Shown: positions 11,891 to 24,600 of the stretch, in pieces
Layout of the letters: each line of letters begins with the position of its first letter
How positions within the stretch are numbered: position 1 is the first letter of the stretch
Source: Pristiophorus japonicus
Taxonomy: Eukaryota
Length of the DNA: 64,000 nucleotides
Direction of reading: 5' to 3'
NCBI RefSeq assembly: GCF_044704955.1
Contig: NC_091984.1
Location: 206,460,001 to 206,524,000, forward strand
The notes under the pieces: model-generated
Seen by the model: only the letters and a program-made list of their open reading frames with translations
Told to the model about the DNA's origin: nothing
Database searches by the model: none
Made by a program: the position numbers and the translations under genes

Positions 11891-12824
11891 TGTATTGATG
11901 TCAATTACCCTGTTTTTGTCCTTAATTATGCTGCAGGGCCCAAATAGCTTGCAGGCACTGTGATTGCCAAAGAGGGGAATAGGATTTTGGTAGTTAAACT
12001 TACCAATGGACAAATCTGCCGCAAACACGTGGATCAAACTAAAAGGAGGTTCAGCAACCCCATAGAAGAAGCAGAGGAAGAACACAACGTAGAGTTTACT
12101 CCACCACAGGTGACCGAACACCGGAACAAAGTGGAGGAGAGCCCAGTCACTGTGGGCAGTCCAAACAGGCCTGAGGCACCGCAAACAGCAGACACTCAGG
12201 CCAGTGCCCAACAACTGGAGCCCCAACTCAGGCACTCTACAAGGGAGCGTAAACCGCCAAAGAAACTTAACCTGTGATCCCAATAAGACTTTGGGGGGGG
12301 GGGAAGTGATGTCATGTATTCAACTATCATTGTAACCCATGTATAAGCCGACCTAAGTTGTACACCTTGAGAACATTGACCACAAGGGGGTGAACTTGTG
12401 GGAGACACTCCTAACCTGGACTTTCAGGTATAAAGGGGGAAACTCCACCCACCTTCATCACTTGAGGTCCAGGTAATAAAGGTAACTGGTCACAGAGTGA
12501 CCTTCTCTCAAGTATGGGACTCGTGTGCATTTATACTATATAGTAAGGACATATCACCCATGGCACTATTTCGAAGAAGAGCAGGGAGGTTATCCCCAGT
12601 GTCCTGGGGCCAATATTTATTCCTCAATCAACATAACAAAAAATCAAATTATCTGGTCATTATCACATTGCTGTTTGTGGGAGCTTGCAATGCACAAGTT
12701 GGCTGCCACGTTTCCCACATTACAACAATGACTACACTCCAAAAGTACTTCATTGGCTGTAAAGCACTTGGAGACGTCCGGTGGTCGTGAAAGGTGCTAT
12801 ATAAATGCAAGTCTTTTTTTCTTA

Positions 12825-13265
12825 TATACTGTACTAAATTTTTATAAATAATTAATATAGTAACATATATATTAATTTTAGTCAAATATAATATAATGAA
12901 CTATATAATGTACTAAGTTTGAGTAAAATATAATTAATGCACCATATAATGTAAATTTTAGTAATATAATTAATATAATAAACTATATAATTTACTAAAT
13001 TTTAGTAATATGTAATTTACTATATAATATACTAAATTTTAGAAATATATAACGAATATAATTAACTATATAATGTACTACATTTTAGTCATATAGAATG
13101 TACAAAATTTTGTAATATATAATTAGCTATAATGTACTTCATTTTAGTAATATAATTAATGATATAATTAATTAACTATATAATGTACTAAATTTTAATA
13201 AAATATAATTAATGATATAATGTACTAAATTTTAGTAATATAATTAAAATATTAACTATATAATG
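12825..13265. repeat. AT-rich minisatellite, continuation
   Basis: Same unit as 7000-7385. Confidence 0.9.
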
Positions 13266-16200
13266 TGTTATGTATGCAACACCTTGTAACTAGCATTCTA
13301 CCCCCACCAGAGGGTGCATCTGTTGGAGTCCCAAGGGATCCCAGCATCCCTTGAGATCACTGCATATAAGTAGGTCTCCCATGCTGTGCCAGCACTCTGG
13401 AGTCAGAATAAAGAGACTAAGGTCACACTTACTCAAGTCTACAGTACTCAGTCATATTGCTTTATTCGAGACATAACAACTGGTGATGAGTAATAACCTT
13501 CACGCGAAAATGCAGAGAACTGTTGGTATCCTGGAGAAATTATCAGAAGGTGACGATTGGGAAGCCTTTGTGGAGCGACTCGACTAATACTTCGTGGCCA
13601 ACGAGCTTCAAGGGAATGAAAACGCTGCCAAACGAAGGGCGATCCTCCTCACTGTCTGCGGGGCAACAACCTATGGCCTCATGAAGAATCTTCTTGCTCC
13701 GGTGAAACCAACAACCAAATTGTATGAAGAACTGTGTACGCTGGTCCGGGAGCACCTAAATCCGAAGGAGAGCGATCTGATGGCAAGGTATCGATTTTAC
13801 ACATGTCAACGGTCTGAAGGCCAAGAAATGGCGAGCTACGTCGCCTTGCAGGACATTGCGAATTCGATGGATTCCTGGAACAAATACTAAGAGACTTTTT
13901 TGTGCTTGGCATTGGCCATGAGGTTATCCTTCGCAAACTATTGACTGTTGAAACACCGAACCTGAGCAAAGCCATAACGATAGCCCAGGCATTTATGTCC
14001 ACCAGCAATAACACCAAACAAATTTTGCAGCATAAAGATGCATTGGCAAGTACTGTACCACAAAGTAACGTCATTTTCAGGCAGGAATGCATATGGCAGA
14101 ATGTACACGCCTACAGCTGCACGACCTCAGATGACTCAGAGTCTGCCATTAAGTGTGAATGCGAGGCAATTAAGACCTTGTTGGCACTGCGGAGGTGATC
14201 ATCAAGCCCATCAATGCTGCTTCAAACACTATGCGTGCAAAGGCTGTGGAACAATGGAACACCTCCAGCGAATGTGCAGACGAGCTGCAAACACTGAAAA
14301 CCAACACGTTGCAGAGGAAGATCAATCCATGGTGGATCAAACTGAACTAGAGACTCGAACCGAGGAGGCAGAAGTATCCGGGGTACATACCTTCACCACG
14401 AAATCTCCACCAATCATGTTAAAAGTTGAACTGAACGGAATTCCAGTATCCATGGAATTGGACATGGGTGCGAATCAGTCTATCATGAGCAAGAAGGCCT
14501 TCAAGAGGCTGTGGTGCAACAAGGCACACAGGCCCAAGCTGAGCCCTATTCATACCAAGCTGAGAACTTACACTAAAGAGCTGATCCCTGGCAGTGCAGC
14601 AGTAAAACTCTCCTATGAAGGAGCGGAACTACCACTATGGATTGTACCAGGAGATGGTCCCACACTGTTTGGCAGAAGCTTGCCGGAAAAAATCGCTGGA
14701 ATTGGGACGACATCCGAACGCATTCGTCCATCGACAATGTCTCATGTGCCCAGGTTTTGAGCAAGTTCCCGTTATTGTTTGAGCCAGGCATTGGAAATTT
14801 CTCTGGGGCGAAGATACAGATCTACTTGGTTCCGGTACACGACCCATCCACCACAAGGCATGTGCGGTGCCATACATGATGCGAGAGAAAGTGGAGATCG
14901 AGCTGGACAGGCTGCAAAGAGAGAGCATCATCGTGCCGGTTGAGTTCAACGAGTGGGCCAGTCCGATTGTTCCGGTTCTCAAGGGCGATGGCACGGTCAG
15001 AATTTTTGGGGACTATAAAATAACGATTAACCATTTTTCGCTGCAGGACCAGTACCCGATACCCAAGGCAGAAAACCTATTTGCGACGCTGGCAGGAGGG
15101 AAGATGTTCATCAAGTTGGACCTGACCTCGGCCTACATGACGTAGGAGCTGGCGAAATCTTCGAAAGGCCTCACCTGCATCAACATGCACAAAGGTCTGT
15201 TCATCTACAATAGATGCCCGTTTGGGATTTGATCGGCCACGGCTACTTTTCAAAGGAAAATGGAGAGTCTGCTAAAGGCGGTTCCGTGCACTGTGGTTTT
15301 CCAGGACGACATATTGGTCACAGGTCGGGACACCATCGAACACTTGCAGAACCTGGAAGAGGTTCTAAGTCAGCTAGATCATGTGGGACTCAGATTGAAA
15401 CTCTCGAAGTGTGTTTTCCTGGCACCAGAGGTCGAGTTCTTAGGGAGAAAAATCACGGCAGACAGTATCAGACCCACCGACGCCAAGACGGAGGCCATCA
15501 AGAATGCGCCGAGACCACAGAACATGACGGAGCTGCGGTTGTTCCTGGGACTCAATTATTTCGGTAATTTCCTACCCAGGTTAAGCACCTTGCTAGAACC
15601 TCTACATGTGTTGCTATGCAAGGGAGTTGACTGGGTATGGGGGAAATCACAAGGGACTGCTTTTGAGAAAGCCAGAAATCTGTTATGTTCCAACAAACTG
15701 CTTGTTCTGTATGACCCATGTAAACGTTTAGTGCTAGCTTGCGATGCGTCTTCGTACGGGGTCGGGTATGTGTTACAACAAGCAAACGAATCGGGAACAT
15801 TGCAACAGGTCGCTTATGCGTCCAGGAGTTTGTCCAAGGCCGAAAGGGCGTACATCATGATTGAAAAAGAAGCTCTGGCATGCGTTTACGGGGTGAAAAA
15901 AATGCACCAGTATCTGTTTGGGCTTAAGTTCAAGTTAGAAACTGACCATAAGCCGCTCATATCGCTAATCTCAGAGAGCAAAAGTATTAATACCAATGCC
16001 TCTGTTCGCATCCGAAGATGGGTGCTCACGCTGTCTGCATATAACTATGTAATTTGCCACAGGCCAGGCACAGAGAACTGCGCTGATGCTCTCAGTCAGC
16101 TACCTTTGCCCATCACCGGGCTGTAAATGGCACAGCCTGCAGACTTGCTCTTGGTGATGGATGCATTTGAAAACGAAAAGTGACCCGTTACGGCCCTCCA

Positions 16201-17762
16201 GATCAGGACCTGGACCAGCCAGGATCCTTCACTGCCCCTTGTAAAAAACTGTGTTCTCCATGGGAGCTGGTCCAGCATCCCAGTGGAGATGCATGAAGAA
16301 ATCAAACTGTTCCAGTGGCGCAAAGACGAAATGTCCATACAGGCGGACTGTCTTTTGTGGGGTAATCACATGGTTTTGCCTAAGAAAGGCAGGGAAACGT
16401 TCATACGCGACCTACACAGTACCCACCCAGGCATAATAATGAAGAAAGCTATAGCCAGATTCCATGTGTGGTGGCCCGGCATCGATTCAGATTTGGAGTC
16501 TTGCGTGCGCCAATGCAACACTTGCTCTCAACTGAGCAATGTACCCAGGGGGGCACCACTAAGTTTGTGGTCATGACCCTCCAAACCGTGGTCTAGAATC
16601 AATGTTGACTTCGCTGGCCCGTTTCTAGGCAAAATGTTTTTGGTTGTTGTGGATGCTTATTCAAAATGGATTGCGTGTGTAATAATGTCTGTAAGCACAT
16701 CCACTGCCACCATCGAAAGCCTACGAGCCATGTTTGCCACGCACGGCCTGCCTGATGTCCTTGTCAGCGACAATGGGCCGTGCTTCACCAGCGCTGATTT
16801 CAAGGAATTCATGACCCGCAATGGGATCAAGCACGTCACATCTGCCCCGTTCAAGCCCGCATCTAACAGCCAGGCAGAATGGGCAGTCCAAACCATCAAG
16901 CAAAGCTTGAAACGCATGTCGGAAGGCTCTCTGCAGACCCGCCTGCCCTGAGTCCTGCTCAGACACCGCACAAGACCCCACTCGCTCAACGGGGTTTCCC
17001 TTGCCGAACTGGTCATGAAAAGGGCACTCAAAACAAGGCTCTCTCTAGTCCACCCTGATCTCCGTGATCATGTCGAGGGCAGGCGGCATCAACAAAGCAT
17101 GTACCATGATTGCACAAATTTGTCACGCGATAGTGAAGTCAATGACCCTGTATTTGTACTCAACTATGGACATGGTCGCAAATGGCTTGCTGGCGCTGTC
17201 ATAGCCAAAGAAGGGAGTAGGGTCTTTGAGGTCAAACTTGCAAATGGACTAACTTGCAGAAAGCATTTGGACCAAACCAAACTGCGATTCAGACAGCCAC
17301 GAGCAACCTGAAGAGGACACCACCAACTTCGACCCTCCGATACACACACAATTGGCAACCGACATCACGGTTGACCACGAAGCTGAACCCATCATCCCCA
17401 GTACCCAACAAGACCAGCTGCGCAGCAGTCTAGCGCAGGCCCAACCAACTCACCTGCACCTGTGTTTGTTCCGAGACGATCGACTAGGGAGCAGAAAGCT
17501 CCAGATCGTCTCACCCTGTAAATAAGTGTACTATTAACTTTGGGGGCGGGTGTTATGTATGCAACACCTTGTAACCAGCATTCTTCCGCCACCAGAGGGC
17601 GCATATGCAGTGCTCCCAAGAGATCCCAGCATCCCTTGGGAGCACTGCAGAAAAGCAGGCCTCCCATGTTGTGCCAGCACTCTGGAGTCAGAATAAAAAG
17701 ACTAAGGTCACACTTACTCAAGTCTACAGTACTAGTCAAATTGCTTTATTCGAGACATAACA
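13266..17762 (+). mobile_element. Full-length, decayed Ty3/Gypsy (Mag-like) LTR retrotransposon, element 2
   Basis: LTRs 13266-13478 and 17551-17762 (TGTTATGT...ACATAACA), 5-bp TSD TAATG, PBS TGGTGATGAG, PPT tgggggcggg. Carries gag CCHC, protease LDMGA, RT FQDD, RNaseH and integrase fragments with stops. Confidence 0.97.
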
Positions 17763-17912
17763 TAATGTATTACATTTAGTAAAATAGAATATAATGTACT
17801 AAATTTTAGTAATATATAATTGATATAATATACATTGTAGTAATATATAATTAACATAATGAACTATATAATGTACTAAATTTTAGTAAAATATAATATA
17901 ATGAACTATTGA

Positions 17913-18278
17913 AGGGGCAGTACTGAGGGAGCACTGCACTGTCGGAGGTACCGTCTTTTGGATGAGACGGTAAACCAAAGCCCCGTCATCTTTCTCAGGT
18001 GAACGTAAAAGATCCCATGGCACTATTTCGAAGAAGAGCAGGGGAGTTATCCCCGGTGTCCTGGGGCCAAGATTTATCCCTCAATCAACATAACAATGAG
18101 CAGATAATCAGTTTTTTTAATCATATTGCTGTTTGTGGGAACTTGCTGTGCGCAAGTAGGCTGCCGCGTTACCCACATTACAGCAGTGACTACACTCCAA
18201 AAATAGTTCATTGGTTGTAAAGCGCTTTTGAGACGTCTGGTGGTTGTGAAAGGTGCTATATAAATGCAAGTCTTTCTT
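17913..18278 (+). mobile_element. 5'-truncated DeuSINE within the AT-rich array
   Basis: Deu-like body (gtcttttggatgagacggtaaacc...aaagatcccatggcac) and L2-like tail ggtgctatataaatgcaagtctttc. Confidence 0.9.
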
Positions 18279-18640
18279 ATATAATATACTAAAGTTTAAA
18301 ATATAGTAACTATATCATATACTCATTTTTAGTAAAATATAATATGAACTATATAATGTACTAAATTTTAGTAATATATAATGAACTATATAATGTACTC
18401 AATTTTAGAAATATATAGTTAATATAATTAACCATATAATGTACTAAATTGTTAGTAATATATAATTAAAATATTAACTATATAAGGTACTACATTTTAA
18501 TGATATATAATGAACTATATATCAACTACATATTATATAATGTACTACATTTTAGTAATATATAAATAATATAATGAACTACATTTTAGTAATATATAAT
18601 TAACTATATAATGTATTAAATTTTTAATAATATACTTAAT
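18279..18640. repeat. AT-rich minisatellite, last segment (another short segment at 17763-17910)
   Basis: Same unit as 7000-7385. Confidence 0.9.
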
Positions 18641-18649
18641 AATTAAAAA

Positions 18650-18932
18650 GTACAGCTTCGTTTGTTTGCGGGTTACAAGATTGGAAATGGCCGTTGAAGT
18701 GAAGCGGCGGGCGCACCGCGGGCAGCCCTGCTGTTGCTAGGCTGAAGGCGCATGTGCGGCTTAGATGCCGGGCACAGAGGAGGCGAGCAGGCCGCAGCCT
18801 CAGCCTGAATGTGGGGGTAGCGAGGGCCTGCAGGACTCGGAGCGGATACTTTTGACTATCTATCTCACTCACTTGCTTTACATTTATTACTTGTTTTTCA
18901 TATTTTACTTGTACTGAATTTCGATCCCGGTC
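18650..18932 (+). promoter_or_regulatory. CpG-rich promoter / 5'UTR of the UBE2G1-like gene
   Basis: Abrupt switch from the AT array to GC/CpG-rich sequence (gcggcgggcgcaccgcggg) upstream of the ATG at 18933. Confidence 0.65.
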
Positions 18933-18975
18933 ATGACAGACCAGTCGGCTCTGCTGCTCAGGAAACAGCTGGCAG
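18933..18975 (+). CDS. UBE2G1: Ubiquitin-conjugating enzyme E2 G1-like (ube2g1b-type paralogue), exon 1
   Basis: MTDQSALLLRKQLA(E), donor G/gtacgc. Confidence 0.92.
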
Positions 18976-20504
18976 GTACGCGCCGCCCTTTTGGGGGGAT
19001 CTCACCAAAGTTTGCTGCGGATGTGAGCAGCTCAGAGGTTGTTGCTGCTGAGCCTCGACCCACGTTCAGCCCCCATTCCTTCTGTCTGTAGTTTTATTTC
19101 GGCCATCGGTGACTGTTGATGTTGATTTTTTTTTTAAACATTTTAAACCTTGTTTATCTTATGTCATCGGTTGTTTGACTTTTTAAGTCATTGTTTCGTA
19201 ACTTTTTTTTCGCTGAGATTTCTCTTCCCTGCCCCCCTCTCTTCCCAGCTCTGCATTATCATTGTGACAGACTGACTGTGTCTGCCTTTTAAAATATGTA
19301 CAGTACGGGAGCCACAAAAACATTGGCAGTTTTTAACGAATGTAACTGGCGTCAAAGTTATTCTATAACGTAGCGATGTTGTCAGTCTGAAGTGATTGTA
19401 AAAGAGAAAAATAATTGTATATATGGCGCTTCATAATCGCGAACTGTGACTGGATTTTTTAATGTTATTTTTAACCAGAGAGCAGATTTTTATTTGTTTC
19501 CACTGTGCACGGTACAGCCGAATAGCTGAATTTAATAAATTTCCTTTTGGTGTTTTTACACCGTATTGTCAGAAGTATTGGCGTAAAATATAGTCGTCCT
19601 CTTGCAGTGAGATTTGATGGTAAGCATTTGGCCGGCATTAAAATGCTGCAATATACGCCAAGGCATGTTTTCTTTCCATTCCTACTATTACCATGAACTG
19701 CAGTGGGGAATATGTTGGAATGGTAAGTAGGAGAGGAAAAGTCATAGCATTTATTTAACATTTTAAATTAATAACAAATTATGTACTATGCACTGTTCAT
19801 CCAGCAGAGCACATGGTTTGTAATCCTTATCAGATTATTTTACATTTGTCTCATAACTAAAGCAAGGATGAGGTTGCAATCCGATTAAATAATTTAATTA
19901 TAAATTTAAAGTTGATCCTAGGAGAGACATTTTATCCTAGATGATATTTGGTACTTTTCTTTCTCATTTAGCCAAGTAAGATTGTTATTAACCTGTATTC
20001 TTCTAGCTAAACAGGTAACATTCTGTTCTCAGCCAGATGTTAGGAAGAGCAGCATATAAATTATTTTCTTTCCATCTCTGGCAAGGGGAAAAAAGTTATG
20101 GTAAAACAAATGCATTCAAATAGTTTATACGGCTGTAAAATAGCATGTGTTGTTAAAAACAGTAATAAACTGGTCTCTTTGACATGCAAATAATAATTGT
20201 ACCTGCTGTGAATTTGTAAAAATATTCTGTGATTCGTCACTTTTTTTCTGTTCAGGGAGAATATTCTTGAAGGGGTGTGCTATCAATTTAAAGCACACCC
20301 CGTTCTCCTAATCAAACAATTGTTTAGAACTTCTCATACACAAGAGGAGACATTTTTGAAATATGAACAAACTCTGTTGGAGGCTTGCAATGTTGTGCCT
20401 CCTAACCAAAAACTTGCAGTCTTATCTTTAGCCAGATCTCATTATGCCAAATGAGGATCAGTCTCCTTCCCACTCTAATCCAATAAAAAGTTTGATACAG
20501 CCAA

Positions 20505-20815
20505 TCATAGAATCATAGAATATTACAGCACAGAAGGAGGCCATTCGGCCCATCGAGTCTGCGCTGGCTCTGTCGAAGAGCAATCCAGTTAGTCCCAATC
20601 CCCCGGCTCTTTCTCCATATCCCTGCAATTTTTGTCTCCTTCAAGTACTTACCAATTCCTTTTTGAAGGCTACTATTGAATCTGCATCCACCACCCTATC
20701 AGGCGGTGCCTTCCAAACCCTAACCATTCGCTATGATTTTCCTCAGGTCACCCCTGGTTCTTTTGCCAACTACCTTAATCTGTGTCCTCTGGAGTCAGCA
20801 ACCCTTCAGCCATTG
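20505..20815 (-). mobile_element. CR1-type LINE 3' end fragment
   Basis: (catagaat)n tail and gaaggaggccattcggcccatcgag, the reverse complement of a CR1 3'UTR. Confidence 0.75.
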
Positions 20816-21029
20816 GAAACGGTGAAGGCTAAAAAAAAAGGGCAAAACCGGCTTGGGCCCTTCCCCATACAGGAAAAATGCACCTGTGGGCGTCAGGCTC
20901 AGACTCGGCTGTGTGACGTCGCTCCTCCCCAAGTCAAATAGCTCCTAACACTCGCTGGCTGGGCTCATGTGAAGGATGGAAGTCTAGGTCAAGAGGTGCT
21001 CCTGTTTATCAAAGGGGCATTTAGCGCCC

Positions 21030-21497
21030 TCAATCAGGCCAACATCCCCAGCATCGAAGCACTGACCACACTCGACCAGCTCCACTGGGCGGGCCGCATT
21101 GTTCACATGCCTGACACAAGACTCCCACAGCAAATGCTCGACTTGTAACTCCTGCACGGCCAAAGATGGGCAGAGGACACCCTGAAAGCTTCCTTGATAA
21201 AATGCAACATCCCCATCGACACCTGGGGGTCCCTGGCCAAAGACCACCCTAAGTGGAGGAAGTGCATCCAGGAGGGTGCTGAGCACCTCGAGTCTCGTCG
21301 CCGAGAGCATGCAGAAAACAAGCGCAGGCAGCGGAAGGAGCGTGCGGCAAACTAGACTCCCCACCCACCCTTTCCTTCAACGACTGTCTGTCCCACCTGT
21401 GACAGAGACTGTAATTCCTGGATTGGACTCTTCCGAACTCACTTTTAGAGTGGAAGCAAGTCTTCCTCGATTGCGAGGGACTGCCTATGATGATGAT
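21030..21497 (+). mobile_element. RTE/BovB-like LINE 3' fragment
   Basis: QANIPSIEALTTLDQLHWAGRIVHMPDTRLP-like C-terminus and tail gtggaagcaagtcttcctcga..gagggactgcc(tga)n. Confidence 0.85.
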
Positions 21498-21687
21498 TTG
21501 GAGAAAGAGAGGGTGGTGGAAATTGCAGGGGGGGGGGGGGGAAGATCCTGAGCTGGTGAACATTTTTCTGTTTCAGGTGAATTACATACAAAATTGACAG
21601 GTAGGAAAAGACCAGCTGATCGATCGAGCCTGCTCCACACCATGGTGGCCACAGCATCGTGACTAAACACTGTTCCCCTCTCCCTTG

Positions 21688-21950
21688 TGTCAGCCGTGGC
21701 TCAGTGTGTAGTACACTCGCCTCTTGAGTCAGAAGGTTGTGGGTTCAAGTCCCCACTCGAGGGACTCGAGCACAAAAATCTAGGGAGCACTGCACTGTCG
21801 GAGGTGCCGTCTTTCGGATGAAACGTCAAACCATCTGCTCGCTCAGGTGGACGTAAAAGATTCCATGGTGTTATTTCGAAGAAGAGCAGGGGAGTTATCC
21901 CCGCTGTCCTGGGCCAGTATTTATCCCCAATCAATATAACAAAAAGATTA
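21688..21950 (+). mobile_element. DeuSINE with tRNA-derived head
   Basis: A box gtggctcagtgtgtag, B box gggttcaagtccc, then the Deu body. Confidence 0.85.
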
Positions 21951-22153
21951 TAGAAACATAGAAAGTAAGTGCCAATACTAAAACCCATCAACATAGTAAG
22001 AGTTGAGGAAAGACCCACTTGATATGTATTTTCACTCTGGCTCAATGACCCATGTACTGGACTATTGTATCTTTTATACAAGATCATGGTTTTGGGATTA
22101 ATGTGTAACTGTCTATCACGCTATTTCATTTTTGTGCTTTTTTTTTCCTCAAG

Positions 22154-22256
22154 AACTAAATAAGAATCCAGTGGATGGATTTTCTGCTGGACTAATAGAT
22201 GATGATGATATATACAGATGGGAAGTTGTCATTATTGGCCCGCCAGATACTCTTTT
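22154..22256 (+). CDS. UBE2G1: UBE2G1-like exon 2
   Basis: (E)LNKNPVDGFSAGLIDDDDIYRWEVVIIGPPDTL(F). Acceptor tcaag, donor gtaagt. 103 nt. Confidence 0.95.
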
Positions 22257-22391
22257 GTAAGTACATAACACTAAAAGTTATCAGTGCTAATAGAAACTGC
22301 CTGTTAACCACCTACCGGTATGTTTTATTTTCAGGATAGTGACAGGAGAATAGGTGAGGATAATGTGTGAAATGCAAAAGTTGTCCTAAAT

Positions 22392-22563
22392 CATCATCAT
22401 CGTAGGCGGTCCCTCGAACGAGATGACTTGCTTCCACATAGGTTCACAAATGTTTCAATGAAGGACCCGATGTTCCAGTCCTGAACTCCAATTGAAGGGG
22501 TGAAAAATGCCTGTGCGTGGATTTTTTAAAACGTGTGGTGACCGTTGCACATCAGCCACCGCA
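22392..22563 (-). mobile_element. Second, shorter copy of the bipartite RTE derivative
   Basis: Reverse complement matches 5620-5790, including the internal junction. 8-bp TSD TCCTAAAT at 22384-22391 and 22564-22571. Confidence 0.8.
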
Positions 22564-23194
22564 TCCTAAATATAACAATGTATTTCATACTTTTTTTGCT
22601 AAAAGTTTGGCTAACTCCTGGTTATAAACATTGCTCTGCTAAGGGAGTATCAGGAGCTTGACACTAAAAGCAGGACTATGAGGATGGTAATCTATGGATT
22701 ACTACCTGAGTCATGTGCTAATTGGCATAGGGATAAACTGATCAGGAAAGTAAATGCATGCTGAGAAAGCAGTGTGGGAAGGGCGGGTTCCATTTCATGG
22801 GATACAGACATCAGTTCTGGGACAGGAAGGAGCTGCACCACTGGGATGGGCTGCACCTGAAGCGGGCTGCGACCAAGACTTAGTGAAAAGGGTAACTAGG
22901 ACTGTAGAAAGGACTTTAACCAAGGGATGGGAGGATCCCAGTGGAAATAATAGTAACCTAACGATAAGAGCAAAGGTCAGAGCACAACAAGTGATAAAGA
23001 TAACATAAATACTCCTGGGAAAAGAAAAAGTTATAGGAAGTATAACAAAATACCGGTTAAATATAAACCAAGAGTGATGAGAATAAGAACATATTAAATT
23101 GACAGCATTGCAATGTACAGCACAACAGTAACAAAAAGTATGATGAGTAAAAACATGAGAAATACACTATCGAGGCCTATTGGCAGGATGGGGA

Positions 23195-24600
23195 CAGTTA
23201 CCCAAATCAGAGTTTTGTACACAAATGCAGATAGCATAAGACACAAAACAAATGAGTTAGAAGCACAAATTCAGCTTAAAGGGTGTAATGTTGTATCCAT
23301 TATAGAAACCTGGCTATAAACTGGGCATGACTGGGAGCTAAATATTCCAGGCTATAGGATTTTTAGAAAGGACACGGAATTTGGGAAAGGAGGAGCAGTA
23401 ACCATCTTGATAAAAAGACACAATTACAGCAGTCGAAAGAAAGGATTAAAGGGTAATCGTGCAGTGGAAACATTGAGTAGAACTAAGGAACAGCAAAGGA
23501 TGCAAGGCCGGAAGAGAATTGTCCAGAGATCTCCTGACTAATGATGTAGTGGGAGGATGTATAAATATGGAGATCAGGGCAGCACGTAGCAGAAACAATG
23601 TGGTTATAATAGATTTTAATCGCAGCCTCGGACTAAATTTTACTAAAATATGACAGAATTTGACCAGGATCCCGTTTTCCGCGGGGAATCCACATGGAAC
23701 ACTGATTTTTCCTGCCGGGTGGATTACAAAAAATTTGTTGATTAATTTTCCGCCGATCTTAATGAAATAATTATAGCGTTTTTTTCGGTGGTAATCTAGT
23801 GGTGGCGGTTTTTCACCAAATTCCAGCCCAATGTCTTTTAGAACCGACAAGGGAACCCCCTTACTATATTCAGTGATCAGTAACAAACCAAAATTAGTTG
23901 ACAATCTGATGGCAAAGGAACATCTTGTGAATAGTGACCATAATATGATTATATTTATTATTAGGTTTGAGAGGGAGAATCATAAACCAAGGTTGAAAAT
24001 TGAAGTAAGGCAACGATCAAAGGGATGAGAAATAAATTGACTGCAGTAAACTGGGCTGAACTGTTAATGGGTAAACCTACAGACAAACACTGGGAAGCAT
24101 TCAAAGTATTTGTTACAATACAAAACTAGTACATACTCCTAATAGGCAAAAGCTCCACTTGTACAGTTAACCAACCACGGTAAACAAATGAGGTAAAAGT
24201 ATCAAGCTAAAAGAAAATGCTCACACATATGTAAGGAAAATAGATCTACAGCGTAGTGGGAGAGCTATAAAAAGCAACAAAGCAATACAAAAAAGTAATC
24301 AGGTGTAAAAATGGAATGTGAAAAAACTTGCAAAGGATTTTAAAGTTTATATAAACTTATTGAGAGTGGTAAAGAGGGATGTGGGCCCATTAAAGAGAGG
24401 TGCAGGTGAGACTAATCGACAATAAGGAACTGGCAAACTTGTTAAATTAATAAGAGGACAGTGTGCCAGCAGTATAAGGGAATCTAAAAATAAGTTGAGA
24501 GGAACTTGCAGGATTTAATATAAATTTTAACACTGGTAATCTAGAAAATAATGGGACTTAAGATAGGCAAATCTCCAAGATTTCAACGTCCATTTTTAAG
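23195..24600 (+). mobile_element. Decayed CR1 ORF2 endonuclease region, interrupted by a small MITE-like insert at about 23629-23829
   Basis: VLYTNADSIRHK, IIETWL, LNIPGYRIFRKD and SDHNMI motifs of the APE endonuclease. Confidence 0.75.

Larger units (their letters stand above)
7483..12556 (+). mobile_element. Full-length, decayed Ty3/Gypsy (Mag-like) LTR retrotransposon, element 1
   Basis: LTRs 7483-7736 and 12310-12556 (TG...CA), 5-bp TSD CCCAT, PBS TGGCGACGAG at 7738, G-rich PPT before 12310. Carries gag with CCHC knuckles, protease LDIGAS, RT FQDD, RNaseH and integrase (GHTG-like, D..D..E), all broken by stops and frameshifts. Confidence 0.97.
7388..12820 (+). mobile_element. 5'-truncated DeuSINE split by Gypsy element 1 (halves 7388-7482 and 12557-12820)
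   Basis: aggtggacgtaaaagatcccat | ggcactatttcgaagaagagcaggg is contiguous in the intact copy at 17913-18278. Confidence 0.9.

Noticed and set aside
8769-17311. Domesticated gag/pol genes or active elements
   Set aside because: Both elements carry multiple stops and frameshifts and diverged LTR pairs (about 13 substitutions plus an indel in element 1 by eye), consistent with neutral decay.
21688-21770. tRNA gene
   Set aside because: The A/B boxes are the head of a DeuSINE and continue directly into the SINE body. The same applies to the other copies.
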